This document shows positions 47,528-57,453 of a stretch of DNA of 64,000 nt, one piece after another. A program made the position numbers and the translations under genes. Below the pieces are notes generated by a model, which saw only the letters and a list, made by a program, of their open reading frames with translations, did not search any database and was not told the origin of the DNA. Position 1 is the first letter of the stretch. Each line of letters opens with the position of its first letter. Source of the DNA: a virus; the IMG/VR virus record IMGVR_UViG_3300032050_000011; one strand, written 5' to 3'.

Positions 47528-48847
47528 TTATACGTACGGTTTTATAAGTTCAATTTTAGAAATTGTAACCAAACCCCCGTCATTTGGATTTTCGGCATCA
47601 TCATAGGATGCTATACGGTTCTGTTGGGGAAAGCTTAAGTTTGGATCACTCGCACTCATAATTTTTTCAATAAATCCTTGTTGAACTTCTTGACTAGTTA
47701 TCGTATGTACATCTAGCGAAGGTCCATCTTTTAGCCATATTGTATTTCCAACACTCCCGGTAACTAAGTGAAGTCTATATTTAATAGCAGTGTATGGAAT
47801 ATTAAAATCATCGGGATTTGGAAATATTGCAGCATAATATAAAGGAGTGCTTTCTGGAGTAGTACTGTTTAATATTAAGTTGCCACCACTTATAGTTCCT
47901 CCAAATTCATACCATCCTTGAGTGGAGTATACACCCCCAACAGGAGGTGGATTTTCGTGGGGTTGAGAAAAGTCTCTGGTATATATTAAATTCGCAGGAG
48001 GAGGTGCAGACGCAGTAAAGAAAGATTTTGTTATTGTTCCCCCCAACCTAGTTTCAGGATACAGAGTCGAGTTAACACTCGGAGTAAAACTAGCTATTTG
48101 ATTATTATTTATGTAAAAACTCAATACACCGCTCACTCTTTTAACTTTAAAAGTATTTATCCCTGAAAGAATAGAGCTGCTAAGATTTGAAGCTAAAACT
48201 TGTCCTTCAGCATAAATACGGAATTCAGGGGTTGGATTTGGATTAATAACGTCATTATAAAATATGTATTGATTTTCTCCGCTTTCTGGATCTTGAAGAG
48301 ACTTGGACACCCCTGCTTGCCAGTATGGCCCTATATCTGTATTTAATGCTTCAAATGTTATTTCAAAATCATCATTAAATCCTTGAGTTGATCTTGGCAT
48401 CAAGTTAGTTAATTCTCCTGTTCTAGATATTCCGCCTTCAGATCCTAATGTATAACCACTAGTGTAAATATTCCAATCTACATAGTTAACAGAACCTGAA
48501 CTCATATCAACTTCAAATTCTGAACTATTTAACTCGGAGGCATTGACAACCGTAGATCCACCATCAAAATCTTGAATAATAATTTTTTGTACTTGGAATA
48601 TGTCTCTTGCCTTATCTGAAACTAGAAAACTAGCAGTTGGCGATGACAAAGTTGCATCAAATCGCAATAATTCTTTTTGGTTACCAATGCTTGATTTATA
48701 ATAAATTGTAACATTTTTCCAGTTAGTTTGAATTGAAAAATACGGATCATTTAGAACACTGGTAATTTGCGCTAAATCTGATTTATTTAATGTAAAAATA
48801 GCAGGAGAATTTTTTTCAATGGTCGATGGTTTAGTTATTATGGGCAT
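47528..48847 (-). CDS. MPIITKP-family virion protein 1
   Basis: Conserved N-terminus, unique C-terminus. Confidence 0.75.
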   Translation of the reverse strand: MPIITKPSTIEKNSPAIFTLNKSDLAQITSVLNDPYFSIQTNWKNVTIYYKSSIGNQKELLRFDATLSSPTASFLVSDKARDIFQVQKIIIQDFDGGSTVVNASELNSSEFEVDMSSGSVNYVDWNIYTSGYTLGSEGGISRTGELTNLMPRSTQGFNDDFEITFEALNTDIGPYWQAGVSKSLQDPESGENQYIFYNDVINPNPTPEFRIYAEGQVLASNLSSSILSGINTFKVKRVSGVLSFYINNNQIASFTPSVNSTLYPETRLGGTITKSFFTASAPPPANLIYTRDFSQPHENPPPVGGVYSTQGWYEFGGTISGGNLILNSTTPESTPLYYAAIFPNPDDFNIPYTAIKYRLHLVTGSVGNTIWLKDGPSLDVHTITSQEVQQGFIEKIMSASDPNLSFPQQNRIASYDDAENPNDGGLVTISKIELIKPYV

Positions 48848-48850
48848 ATA

Positions 48851-49216
48851 CTATCCTTTTAATAAACTTATTAATCCGTATAATGCTCCAGCGATAGCTG
48901 ATATCCAACCAGCCCACACAGCTATAGTAGTTAGAGTACGAGCGGGAACCTCTAGATTCTCTATCCGCTTCTCATTGTCTTTATGCAGTTGTTCTAGTAG
49001 CTCTGTGCGACGTATATGGTCTGCAAGCTGCTGATTCTGAATTTCATCTAGAGATTCTATCTTAGACAAGCGCTCACTTGTCTCTATCTCTATCTTTGTT
49101 AGCTTTTCTTGTAGTTTTGAATTAGCCTCTCTAACTTCTTTTCTGAACTCAGCTGACTCTTCTTTTTCTTCTTTAATTATATCATAGATAAGATCTATTT
49201 TATCGCTCACACACAT
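48851..49216 (-). CDS. coiled-coil protein with C-terminal TM helix (holin/XhlA-like candidate)
   Basis: Heptad pattern then one hydrophobic helix. Confidence 0.45.
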   Translation of the reverse strand: MCVSDKIDLIYDIIKEEKEESAEFRKEVREANSKLQEKLTKIEIETSERLSKIESLDEIQNQQLADHIRRTELLEQLHKDNEKRIENLEVPARTLTTIAVWAGWISAIAGALYGLISLLKG

Positions 49217-49279
49217 CCCCTTAAAACGTGAAACTATACATGAAAGTACAATTGATAAGCGGTATAATTATATCAGAAA

Positions 49280-49471
49280 ATGAGGTTAGATATGCAAGAC
49301 AAGATAGTCTCTAGAATAGAAGATATATCTAATAAAATCAGCAGTCTTCTGGCTGATAGAGAGAGATGCTTACGCGAGTTAAATTCAATAAGTCTAGAGA
49401 TAGATAAGCATTCTGCTATAATATTTGAACTAAAGTCTCTACTAGATTCAGCCGAGCCTAAATTAGACTAG
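49280..49471 (+). CDS. small coiled-coil protein
   Basis: GGTATAAT at 49261; GAGG before ATG 49292. Confidence 0.55.
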   Translation: MRLDMQDKIVSRIEDISNKISSLLADRERCLRELNSISLEIDKHSAIIFELKSLLDSAEPKLD

Positions 49472-51567
49472 TAGATCTCTCTCCACTGCAATCCGCACAC
49501 AACCTGAGCTTGAACGTTATTTCCAGGTTCTACAGTACTAACTAATATGACGTAAACCTCTGAATCTGTGCTATCTATATTCTGAGATATTATGTTTTTC
49601 TTTGCCGAAGTAAGTGTACCTGACACAGCCGCAGCAAGACTGTTCTGGCTTGAACCAGAGGATACAAAACCCGTTGCAAAACGATCTGCGTCTGCACTCA
49701 CAAAATCAGTAGCGTTGACGCAGTATTCTACGCCGCTAGACATATCTGCAGGTGTCCAGACAAGCACCCCGGCATTTAAAGTGGTAGATAGACTAGATAC
49801 GGAAGATAGTTTAACTACTTCGTACATTACACTTTCGCCTGTGCAATATATTGACAGCTGATTAGGCCTGACGCTTAAACGATTAGGATACCCGTTAAAT
49901 GAGTTTTTTAATCTTATTGCCATAAGTGGAAGCCTAGTCTGACCTATGGCTGGAGTTGTTCTCTTGGGACTTGTTACTGCAAAATCAATGCCACTCTCGA
50001 CATAACCACCTTCGCTAGCAACAGTAGAACAGATCTGATCCATGGATCCGCCAGTGGTTATTCCGGTATTGAATATCTCACATCTTACTGGCAGATTTGG
50101 GTTGCTTATATAGACTTCAGGTAGCACGTTTGAATGATAATACTCATGAGCAATTACGAATGCGCCATCGTGCACAAATCCACATCTGACTCTACCTACT
50201 CCAAGCCATTGAAAGTCCATCCAGGCTAGCTGCGTTTTTGAAGTATCTAGATTAAAACCGGACGCACCAGTGCCATCGCACTTATCTATGTTCCATTGAC
50301 TCTGAGGAACCCTTCTTATATACGAGCCAACAGCTGCCTCTGACGCAGTTCCACTAGTGTAACTTCTTATTACCCAGTTAAGTTGACCATTGCTTGTGCC
50401 ATCAGCATCGTTGTTCCCGACTTGTTCAAAATATATGCCATCACGATCGTCATAGTAGCCAGTTCTCTTTGTGACATTTTTTTGTGCATACCCAAGGCAA
50501 GAAGACGTTAAGATCAACTGACTTTTACCTGGCTGATAGTGATGATACATTTTTGTCTGATGCACTGCACTAGATAATGTATTGCTAGTGGTAGATAATG
50601 TAGCACAAGCCTTATCTTGATTATAGGTTACGCTACCGCCATTTAATTTTCTATCAAGAAAATTTGGATCAATCGCATAAACATGTTTATAGTCACCTAG
50701 TGTAAACGGCTCGCTCATGCGAGTTCTTCCAAACGCATCAGGGTTAATTCCTGGAAGGGTGCCCGTTATAGTAGCGCTTACATTACCATTAACTGTCCAC
50801 GGATTAGTGCCTTGATTAGCAGTTACTGTGCCATTTACTGGAACTGGGTTGCCACTATCGTTCTTAATCTCTAGCTCAACCGATGAAACTATGGCAACAT
50901 TCTGCGTCGCCGGAAAATTTCCTATGTTTACAGTTCCATCTACCGTAAGTGATCCACCATTATCGGTCACATTTATTGAGCCATCTGAGTTGATTTCTAG
51001 TGTATGAGTGCCGTCACCTATGCGTACAGAATCGTGAACGTCACCGACATCGGGTACATTGTCTTGATGCGATAGCTGAACCTCTAGCTCAGCATTAACG
51101 GTTCCTATTGATATGGATCCGTCTGATAGCTCAACAGGAACAGGGTTGGACTTGCTATAGCTTCTACCAAGCCAGTCAACTGCATGAGTACGCATTGCAA
51201 CTGTTGGCTCTTCTTCATATGTTTGTCGCTGTATCTCTAGCAATTCTATTACAGGGCGCTTGTCTTGGGCTAACTCCACCGTAGCAGTGTCAGCTGTCAA
51301 TAGATCAGACATGTCTAGCTTGTTTAGTGTTGCAACTGAATCTTTAGGATCTATCACTATGAACTGACTAGTTGATATTACACGCTTTACTTTAGCCAGT
51401 CTTATAGCTACAGAAGATGACTTAAACTTAAGTGTTTGGCCAACTTTAATTCTATATGTAGATGCTACTGTTATGGTGCCATCTGAACTACCATTTGCTG
51501 TCAGCAGCATTGGTGCGAGTGCTAGATAGCGCTTTTCCGTAATATGCGGTAGTCCAAAATCTGCCAC
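49468..51567 (-). CDS. virion structural protein (beta-rich)
   Basis: DAFGRTRMSEP, YQPGKSQ, DFQWLGVG motifs; position in the virion module. Confidence 0.65.
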   Translation of the reverse strand: MADFGLPHITEKRYLALAPMLLTANGSSDGTITVASTYRIKVGQTLKFKSSSVAIRLAKVKRVISTSQFIVIDPKDSVATLNKLDMSDLLTADTATVELAQDKRPVIELLEIQRQTYEEEPTVAMRTHAVDWLGRSYSKSNPVPVELSDGSISIGTVNAELEVQLSHQDNVPDVGDVHDSVRIGDGTHTLEINSDGSINVTDNGGSLTVDGTVNIGNFPATQNVAIVSSVELEIKNDSGNPVPVNGTVTANQGTNPWTVNGNVSATITGTLPGINPDAFGRTRMSEPFTLGDYKHVYAIDPNFLDRKLNGGSVTYNQDKACATLSTTSNTLSSAVHQTKMYHHYQPGKSQLILTSSCLGYAQKNVTKRTGYYDDRDGIYFEQVGNNDADGTSNGQLNWVIRSYTSGTASEAAVGSYIRRVPQSQWNIDKCDGTGASGFNLDTSKTQLAWMDFQWLGVGRVRCGFVHDGAFVIAHEYYHSNVLPEVYISNPNLPVRCEIFNTGITTGGSMDQICSTVASEGGYVESGIDFAVTSPKRTTPAIGQTRLPLMAIRLKNSFNGYPNRLSVRPNQLSIYCTGESVMYEVVKLSSVSSLSTTLNAGVLVWTPADMSSGVEYCVNATDFVSADADRFATGFVSSGSSQNSLAAAVSGTLTSAKKNIISQNIDSTDSEVYVILVSTVEPGNNVQAQVVCGLQWREIY

Positions 51568-51624
51568 AACCTCTCCTAAGACTCTAACCCATGCTAGAGA
51601 ATTTTAATCGTATCGGAATCTTTG

Positions 51625-51921
51625 TTAAAAATCGCCATCGTTACCAATATGCATGTTTCTTCTTAATCGCTCTTCTTCTGTAAGTGTGCTGTTAAACGAC
51701 TTTCCATCGCCCCAGTCTTCTTCTTTATTGTCAACAAATTTATTAGCTTCAGAATACCACTTATTTAACTTATCTTGATACTCAGCTTCTGCCTTCTTTA
51801 TCTGCTCTTCAGTCCTAACAAGATGACCAAATAGCTCTTCATCAGAAGCTTGCAGCTTTACGCGAGCGCTCTTCTTTAGTTGCTCTTCTTCTTTACTCCA
51901 GTCTGGCCACTGCTTGCTCAT
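51625..51921 (-). CDS. hypothetical head-region protein
   Basis: Coupled ORF, LKKS/IKKA motifs. Confidence 0.6.
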   Translation of the reverse strand: MSKQWPDWSKEEEQLKKSARVKLQASDEELFGHLVRTEEQIKKAEAEYQDKLNKWYSEANKFVDNKEEDWGDGKSFNSTLTEEERLRRNMHIGNDGDF

Positions 51922-52367
51922 CAGCACTTCCATCTTCTGCGAGCTTTACAGGCACGCTTCTCTGGTGTTTTCTTGCAGTTTATATTATGCATGCGTATTT
52001 GGCCGCCATTTCTAGCACAGAAACTTCTTTTACGAGGTCCGCCACCTGGCTGCGGAGCTTTGAGGTTTCCGCCTGTAGCTTTATTGTATGAGGCTCTACC
52101 TGCGGCAGTAAGGCCACCTTTATCAGATTTGTGTTTTGCTTTTGGTGACCACTCTTTTTTCTCTAAGACTTCTTCATAGCCTTTGGCTAGTATAGATTTA
52201 ACCAGAATATCTTCTGTTTTATCAGACACGTTTTCGCCTAACATAAGATCGATATCTTTGTTGTCAAATATCTCTACTTGTATGTGTGATTTTTCGAATT
52301 CTTCTAGATATGTTTTTCTATTTTTAGAATTCTTAGGCGCAACCTTGATCTTGCTGTCCTTATTCAT
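51921..52367 (-). CDS. basic head-region protein (DUF6321-like)
   Basis: [35 protein letters not shown]; ATG 52367 overlaps the upstream stop. Confidence 0.6.
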   Translation of the reverse strand: MNKDSKIKVAPKNSKNRKTYLEEFEKSHIQVEIFDNKDIDLMLGENVSDKTEDILVKSILAKGYEEVLEKKEWSPKAKHKSDKGGLTAAGRASYNKATGGNLKAPQPGGGPRKRSFCARNGGQIRMHNINCKKTPEKRACKARRRWKC

Positions 52368-53781
52368 TTGAAGATTCCTTTTTGGACTTTTTCTCTTTAA
52401 TTTTATTCTTAGCATCTACTACCATCTGCTCTGCCTTTAGCGCTGCCTGATGTTGCTTTATTTGTAGATCTAACGCCATTTCTTTTTTAGCTCGCTCATA
52501 CTCAAGATCTAGCATACGCTTTTGATGTTCTGAATCATCTAGCTTAGAGGCTGGAATATCTTTTTTGGCTTTTTCTTGCTCTATTTCTCTTAATTTTCTT
52601 TTATGTTCTGAATCATCTTCTGATTCTAGTTTTCTGCGCTCTTTTTCGTACTCAAGTTCAAGCATACGTTTCTTATGCTCTTGCTCTAGTTTCATTAGGG
52701 AGACTTTGTGATCGAGCTCTGCATTATTTAGCTTTTCATGGTGACCACTTTTTAAAGCATGATCTTTTTGCTTAATCTGCATCTCCATATCTTGTAGAGA
52801 TAATTCACCCTGTCTTCTTGCTTGTTCAGTTTTTGCTTTCTCATCTGAGACTTGATCAATGTCTGGAAAATGATGCCCGTGCATTATAAACGCTATTTCA
52901 GCATCTGAGTGTCCAGATTGTTTTAGCATTTCTGCTATATCTTCAGGTGAAGGCTGTTGTTCACCATCGGCTTGTTGAGCCTGCATCATGGCTTGCTCTT
53001 CAGGTGAAGGCTGTTGTTCACCATCGGCTTGTTGAGCCTGCATCATGGCTTGCTCTTCAGGTGAAGGCTGTTGTTCACCATCGGCTTGTTGAGCCTGCAT
53101 CATGGCTTGCTCTTCAGGTGAAGGCTGTTGTTCGCCATCGGCTTGTTGAGCCTGTATCATGGCTTGCTCTTCAGGTGAAGGCTGTTGTTCGCCATCGGCT
53201 TGTTGAGCCTGCTCCTCATCTTCATCTTGCATAGAATCTTCTATATCTAAGAATGCGTCGTCCGCCATTGCCTTCTTAAGCTTTATCCATTTGTCTTTAA
53301 GCTGCTTTAATGAAAAGTCGTAGTCCTGCTGTGAATCTTGATAATTAGATTGAGCAGCTCTTGCGCCAAATTTATCCAATTCTTCTTTGCCATAATCTAG
53401 CTCTTGCTTGCCATCTGACTCTTTATCTATTCTTAACTTATCTTTTTTCTTTATCGACTTTTTGCTATTTTTTTCTATTTGTTTAAGCTTAATATAATAA
53501 TCTTTATCCTCGCTAAGATGATCCATAGCTATTTCTTTGGCAATTTTTTTATTCTTAGTATGCTCGCGCTCCACTTTTGTACCTTGTCTTATAGCTCTGC
53601 TACTAAAATCTTTTTCTGTTTTTTTGTCTGCTAGTCCACCCTTAAGTTCATCTTTCTTGAGAGATTTTCCTGCTTTAGAATAAGCTATAGCAACTGCCTG
53701 TTTTTGTGGCTTACCAGCTTCAACTTCTGTTTTTATATTTTCAGCAATAACTTCTTTGCTTGATCCTTGCTTAAGCGGCAT
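52360..53781 (-). CDS. modular head-region protein ([11 protein letters not shown] and VEREHT..EIAMDHL modules, Q-rich repeats, coiled coil)
   Basis: Motifs read in the translation. Confidence 0.7.
   Translation of the reverse strand: MPLKQGSSKEVIAENIKTEVEAGKPQKQAVAIAYSKAGKSLKKDELKGGLADKKTEKDFSSRAIRQGTKVEREHTKNKKIAKEIAMDHLSEDKDYYIKLKQIEKNSKKSIKKKDKLRIDKESDGKQELDYGKEELDKFGARAAQSNYQDSQQDYDFSLKQLKDKWIKLKKAMADDAFLDIEDSMQDEDEEQAQQADGEQQPSPEEQAMIQAQQADGEQQPSPEEQAMMQAQQADGEQQPSPEEQAMMQAQQADGEQQPSPEEQAMMQAQQADGEQQPSPEDIAEMLKQSGHSDAEIAFIMHGHHFPDIDQVSDEKAKTEQARRQGELSLQDMEMQIKQKDHALKSGHHEKLNNAELDHKVSLMKLEQEHKKRMLELEYEKERRKLESEDDSEHKRKLREIEQEKAKKDIPASKLDDSEHQKRMLDLEYERAKKEMALDLQIKQHQAALKAEQMVVDAKNKIKEKKSKKESSNE
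52941..53212. repeat. 57-bp tandem repeat, about 4.7 copies
   Basis: Encodes [19 protein letters not shown]. Confidence 0.95.
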
Positions 53782-53790
53782 ACTTGTCCT

Positions 53791-54627
53791 CTAAAAGAAA
53801 TCGATATTCCATCTTTTCTGATAATAACCTTTAATTGCGTCTTTTTGCATTTGTATAAGATCACCAAGATCTTTTATTCTTGCAGCTAAAAATTGAGGTC
53901 CTGGAGTGCCTACTGACTGGCTTACTCCATCGATACTTACACCCACTGAGGTGTGCGGAAATATAAGCGGGCCGATAAAAGTTAGTATCTTATAAGCTGC
54001 TAAATTCTCTATTAGTTCAATTATAGCTGCGGGAACCTTGTCTTTCTCAAATCCTGCCTGATATTTTACCCTCACAGCTCCTGGAAAGTTATCTAGGCCG
54101 ATAGCTCTTAGTGCATGAAACTGTGTACCAGAAAAAGCAGATAGTAAAAAACCAGATAAGCTAGTTCCAAATGCTGGAACAAGTTGCATGACGCCTTCTT
54201 GTGGCATAAGATGAACATGCTCCATTGGAAACTGAACAAAGCCTAGATTTGTTTGATCATTAGAGAAGCTTAGCTGTACTTCCTCTATTGATATAACATT
54301 CGGATGATTTAACTTAAGATAATTATAGTTCCAATTAAACTCATGCCTATTGTAGTCATGTTTCTCTTCGAATGTTACCGGCGTTATGTATAAGTCCAGT
54401 TCATGTTCTATCTGAGATATCGCACTATCTATATAGTGCTTTATGGTGTCGTCTGAGATTGATTCATTAGTGAGCGCAGAGGTTAGCGGTATTCCAAATA
54501 GTGCTCGCTTCCTGAGATTTTCTGGAGTTGGAAGCGGCATATATCTTTCAAATGTTCCACTAGTATCTTGACCGTCTTTTGCCCATAACGGATAAAGTCC
54601 TACTCGTGGTGTTCTTGACATTGGCAT
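53791..54627 (-). CDS. putative head completion/neck protein
   Basis: AISQIEHEL, VKYQAGF..VP, SIDGVSQS pattern; downstream of the capsid gene. Confidence 0.55.
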   Translation of the reverse strand: MPMSRTPRVGLYPLWAKDGQDTSGTFERYMPLPTPENLRKRALFGIPLTSALTNESISDDTIKHYIDSAISQIEHELDLYITPVTFEEKHDYNRHEFNWNYNYLKLNHPNVISIEEVQLSFSNDQTNLGFVQFPMEHVHLMPQEGVMQLVPAFGTSLSGFLLSAFSGTQFHALRAIGLDNFPGAVRVKYQAGFEKDKVPAAIIELIENLAAYKILTFIGPLIFPHTSVGVSIDGVSQSVGTPGPQFLAARIKDLGDLIQMQKDAIKGYYQKRWNIDFF

Positions 54628-55937
54628 TAATTACCACCGTTTTTTTTGATGCCCTGTACATGCTTTAATCTAGAAAGCTGCTCAGGTGCAAGTCTCTCTA
54701 CTATTTTTTGCTGCAACTCTTTCACAAATTCTGGATTGGCTTGGCTTATCTTTAAGGCTGGATCTACTTTAGTGTTAACGTTAGTGCCTCTTCCTTCATC
54801 CTCTTTTATTCCGCCAGCGGACTGTGCAGCGCCTTCTTTTATAGACTTGGTTCCCTGTACAGAAGAAGCGTCGTCGTGTCCTTGAAAACTAAATAAATCA
54901 TCTGCGCTTTCGCCAGAACTCATGCCTGCCGTTGCTACTTGTGCTTCGGCCTCTTGCCTTTTTTCATTTCTTAGTTTATTATTTTCTTTCGCTATCTGAC
55001 TTACGCGATCTACTGCTTCAATTTTTTTCTGACTATGTTGAGGATTATTTCTAGCAAAATCATGCTTAAACTTAATTATTAATTTTGTTTTTTCTTTTGG
55101 GTCGGTTATGTGTGCTATACTTTTATTATATTCTTCTAGTGCTTGATCTAGGTCTCCTCCTACCTCAGACATTATTTTATTTTTATTTGAGCTTAAGTGG
55201 AGTACAGGATTTTCTGACGGATCTGATAACAGGCCCGTTTTATGCTGATGATTAGATAGCCAACCAGTGGCGGCCTCTTTAAGATTTTGCAACATAGCAG
55301 AAGATGGCTCGCTAGGCTTTATTCCTCTTGAAATTATTTGATCATGTGTTAATATATCGTGAGCTCCAGCAAGTCTTTCTGCTTCTCTTGGACTATAGCC
55401 CTGACTTATAAATTTCTTTATAGCTTCTACATGATGAGGTGCGTAACTACTTTTAGCTGACCATTCTGATCTACTTCCAGATGCAGCGGCAGTAGGCTTT
55501 TCAGCTACTGGCTGTTGAGTAGTGGGGTCAGCTTGCACTTTTTCCTGCTTAGGAGGAGCTTTCTGCTGTTGCTGTTGCTGTGATTGCCACTCACGAATAG
55601 CGCGCTCTTGCGCTGTGTCTTCTTCATCTGATTGCGAATAAGAAGGCTCTTCTTCATCATATTGCTCAGTGTTATCTTCATCTTCTGGATCTCTATCATA
55701 GGACTGCGGCGCATCTTCATCTGAGAACTCATCGTCATATTGCTCTGGATTATCCAGACCGCCGCCTATTTGTCGCTCCCATAAACTTTGACCGTAATCT
55801 GAATCTTCATCGTCATCATACACTGCTTTAACAAAACGTTCTTCTATAGCATGAAAAAGTTCTGGATTGTTCTTAAATAGCTCGCTATTGTCTTTAATTT
55901 TTTTTGAAATTGATCTTAATAGTTGCTCTATATTCAT
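54627..55937 (-). CDS. hypothetical head-region protein (acidic/Q-rich)
   Basis: 436-aa ORF; FVKA after a short leader. Confidence 0.7.
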   Translation of the reverse strand: MNIEQLLRSISKKIKDNSELFKNNPELFHAIEERFVKAVYDDDEDSDYGQSLWERQIGGGLDNPEQYDDEFSDEDAPQSYDRDPEDEDNTEQYDEEEPSYSQSDEEDTAQERAIREWQSQQQQQQKAPPKQEKVQADPTTQQPVAEKPTAAASGSRSEWSAKSSYAPHHVEAIKKFISQGYSPREAERLAGAHDILTHDQIISRGIKPSEPSSAMLQNLKEAATGWLSNHQHKTGLLSDPSENPVLHLSSNKNKIMSEVGGDLDQALEEYNKSIAHITDPKEKTKLIIKFKHDFARNNPQHSQKKIEAVDRVSQIAKENNKLRNEKRQEAEAQVATAGMSSGESADDLFSFQGHDDASSVQGTKSIKEGAAQSAGGIKEDEGRGTNVNTKVDPALKISQANPEFVKELQQKIVERLAPEQLSRLKHVQGIKKNGGN

Positions 55938-55938
55938 G

Positions 55939-57060
55939 TTATGGCTTTTTGGCTTTTATTTCTGCAAGCCTTCGCATTGCATCTTCTTTTCCAAGTTTTT
56001 TATCAGCTGAACTGGACGTTATCACCGGCGGTTTTTCCATCCTGTCCCAGTCACTGCGATTGCTGTCTTTACCTATTACCGGGGGTATCTCTGCGTTGAA
56101 CTTTACATTACTTAAATCCTGTGATGCCGCAGTTTGAGTTGATTGCTGTGGTCTAGAAGTAACACCCATTCTTGCCAGGTGACTGTCTGTATCTAGCGGA
56201 GACACTTGTGCATGTGCTGGACTAGACTTGCCTTTTCCAGCAGGTCTTTCTTGGTATGAATCAAGGAAGTCCATCATTTGATTTGCCTCAAAATCACGCA
56301 TTGAGTTTTCATAGTTAGCATGATGCGCCCCAGATAGGTCAGCGTTTGACATTCCGTAATATGAGAATATCGGCGCGCTATCAAACGGATGCGGCTCGTA
56401 GTAGCCTTTTGATTTATGATCGTGATCTATATCGATATGCTTTCCATTTATGTGTGTCTCTTCAAGAGGCCAAGCGCCTTTATGTCCGTGACCATGAACT
56501 TCCTCAGCATAACTAAAATGAGGCGCTTGAGATAAGTAGTCGTATGTAGAATGTTCTCTCGCTAAACCTTTTGTAGCAGTGGAGTAGTGCTCTTGCTTGT
56601 ATGGGTTATCTATGCTTGATATTCCGCTCTTGTTCTGAAACTGATTTCTTTCCCAGGGCTTTGGATCAACCCAGTCTGCCTTTAGTGCTCCATTAGTGTG
56701 GTCTATGCTGCCGTCATTTATCATCTTATCTGTTAGATGAAGCATTTTCATAATTTGACGCATGTGCTGACCGGCAAGTTTTTTATTACCAGATTTTAAT
56801 GCAGCAGAATATCTAGTAGCATGATGAGATAGAGCACCATGCATCATATCTGCAAGTATTGGCGTTTGTCTTATATTTTTAGCAAAATCTAAAACTGCAG
56901 TATTGGGTTTTTTTGTGCCTTTTTGCTTTGCCATTTTTTGCAGAGACTCAACTACATAGTCATATAGTTTTTGATCTGCCAATGACTCTATAAAGGAATT
57001 CAGCCCGTTATTAGCTGCTGTTTTTCTCAATAAGATTTGTTTAAAATTAGCTATTCTCAT
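55939..57060 (-). CDS. hypothetical head-region protein (His-rich)
   Basis: 373-aa ORF. Confidence 0.7.
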   Translation of the reverse strand: MRIANFKQILLRKTAANNGLNSFIESLADQKLYDYVVESLQKMAKQKGTKKPNTAVLDFAKNIRQTPILADMMHGALSHHATRYSAALKSGNKKLAGQHMRQIMKMLHLTDKMINDGSIDHTNGALKADWVDPKPWERNQFQNKSGISSIDNPYKQEHYSTATKGLAREHSTYDYLSQAPHFSYAEEVHGHGHKGAWPLEETHINGKHIDIDHDHKSKGYYEPHPFDSAPIFSYYGMSNADLSGAHHANYENSMRDFEANQMMDFLDSYQERPAGKGKSSPAHAQVSPLDTDSHLARMGVTSRPQQSTQTAASQDLSNVKFNAEIPPVIGKDSNRSDWDRMEKPPVITSSSADKKLGKEDAMRRLAEIKAKKP

Positions 57061-57068
57061 GACATCTC

Positions 57069-57395
57069 CTAGATCTCAAGAAGCTCAGCTCTCACGGGGT
57101 TTGCACTTGCTCTGATATATTTAGCTTGACATAGAACGTAGTGATCTCCAGCAAGAACTTTCACAGCAGGAGACGTGGTTGCTGTAACTGCCGCGCCAGA
57201 TGTGTCATCGCTAAACGCTACATAAGTATCAGCGGAAACCTGGATCCTCAGGATATTTCCTTGACCTACTTCTACCCAGCTAGAGGACAGATTTGCAGAA
57301 ATAACTTTACCTGGAATTAGAAGAGCCTGAAGTGCTTGTGCTACATCGACTGTACTTAGGGTAACTAGTTTTCTTACTTTGCTTAGAGATGACAT
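57069..57395 (-). CDS. small virion protein
   Basis: AGGAG RBS; GGTATAAT at 57428-57435. Confidence 0.65.
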   Translation of the reverse strand: MSSLSKVRKLVTLSTVDVAQALQALLIPGKVISANLSSSWVEVGQGNILRIQVSADTYVAFSDDTSGAAVTATTSPAVKVLAGDHYVLCQAKYIRASANPVRAELLEI

Positions 57396-57453
57396 CGTGA
57401 CTCCTATATGGCCAATAATACTAGATTATTATACCAGAATAAAGAGCCAGAGA

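Noticed and set aside
52941-53212. CRISPR-like array
   Set aside because: Contiguous 57-bp coding repeats without unique spacers; no cas genes
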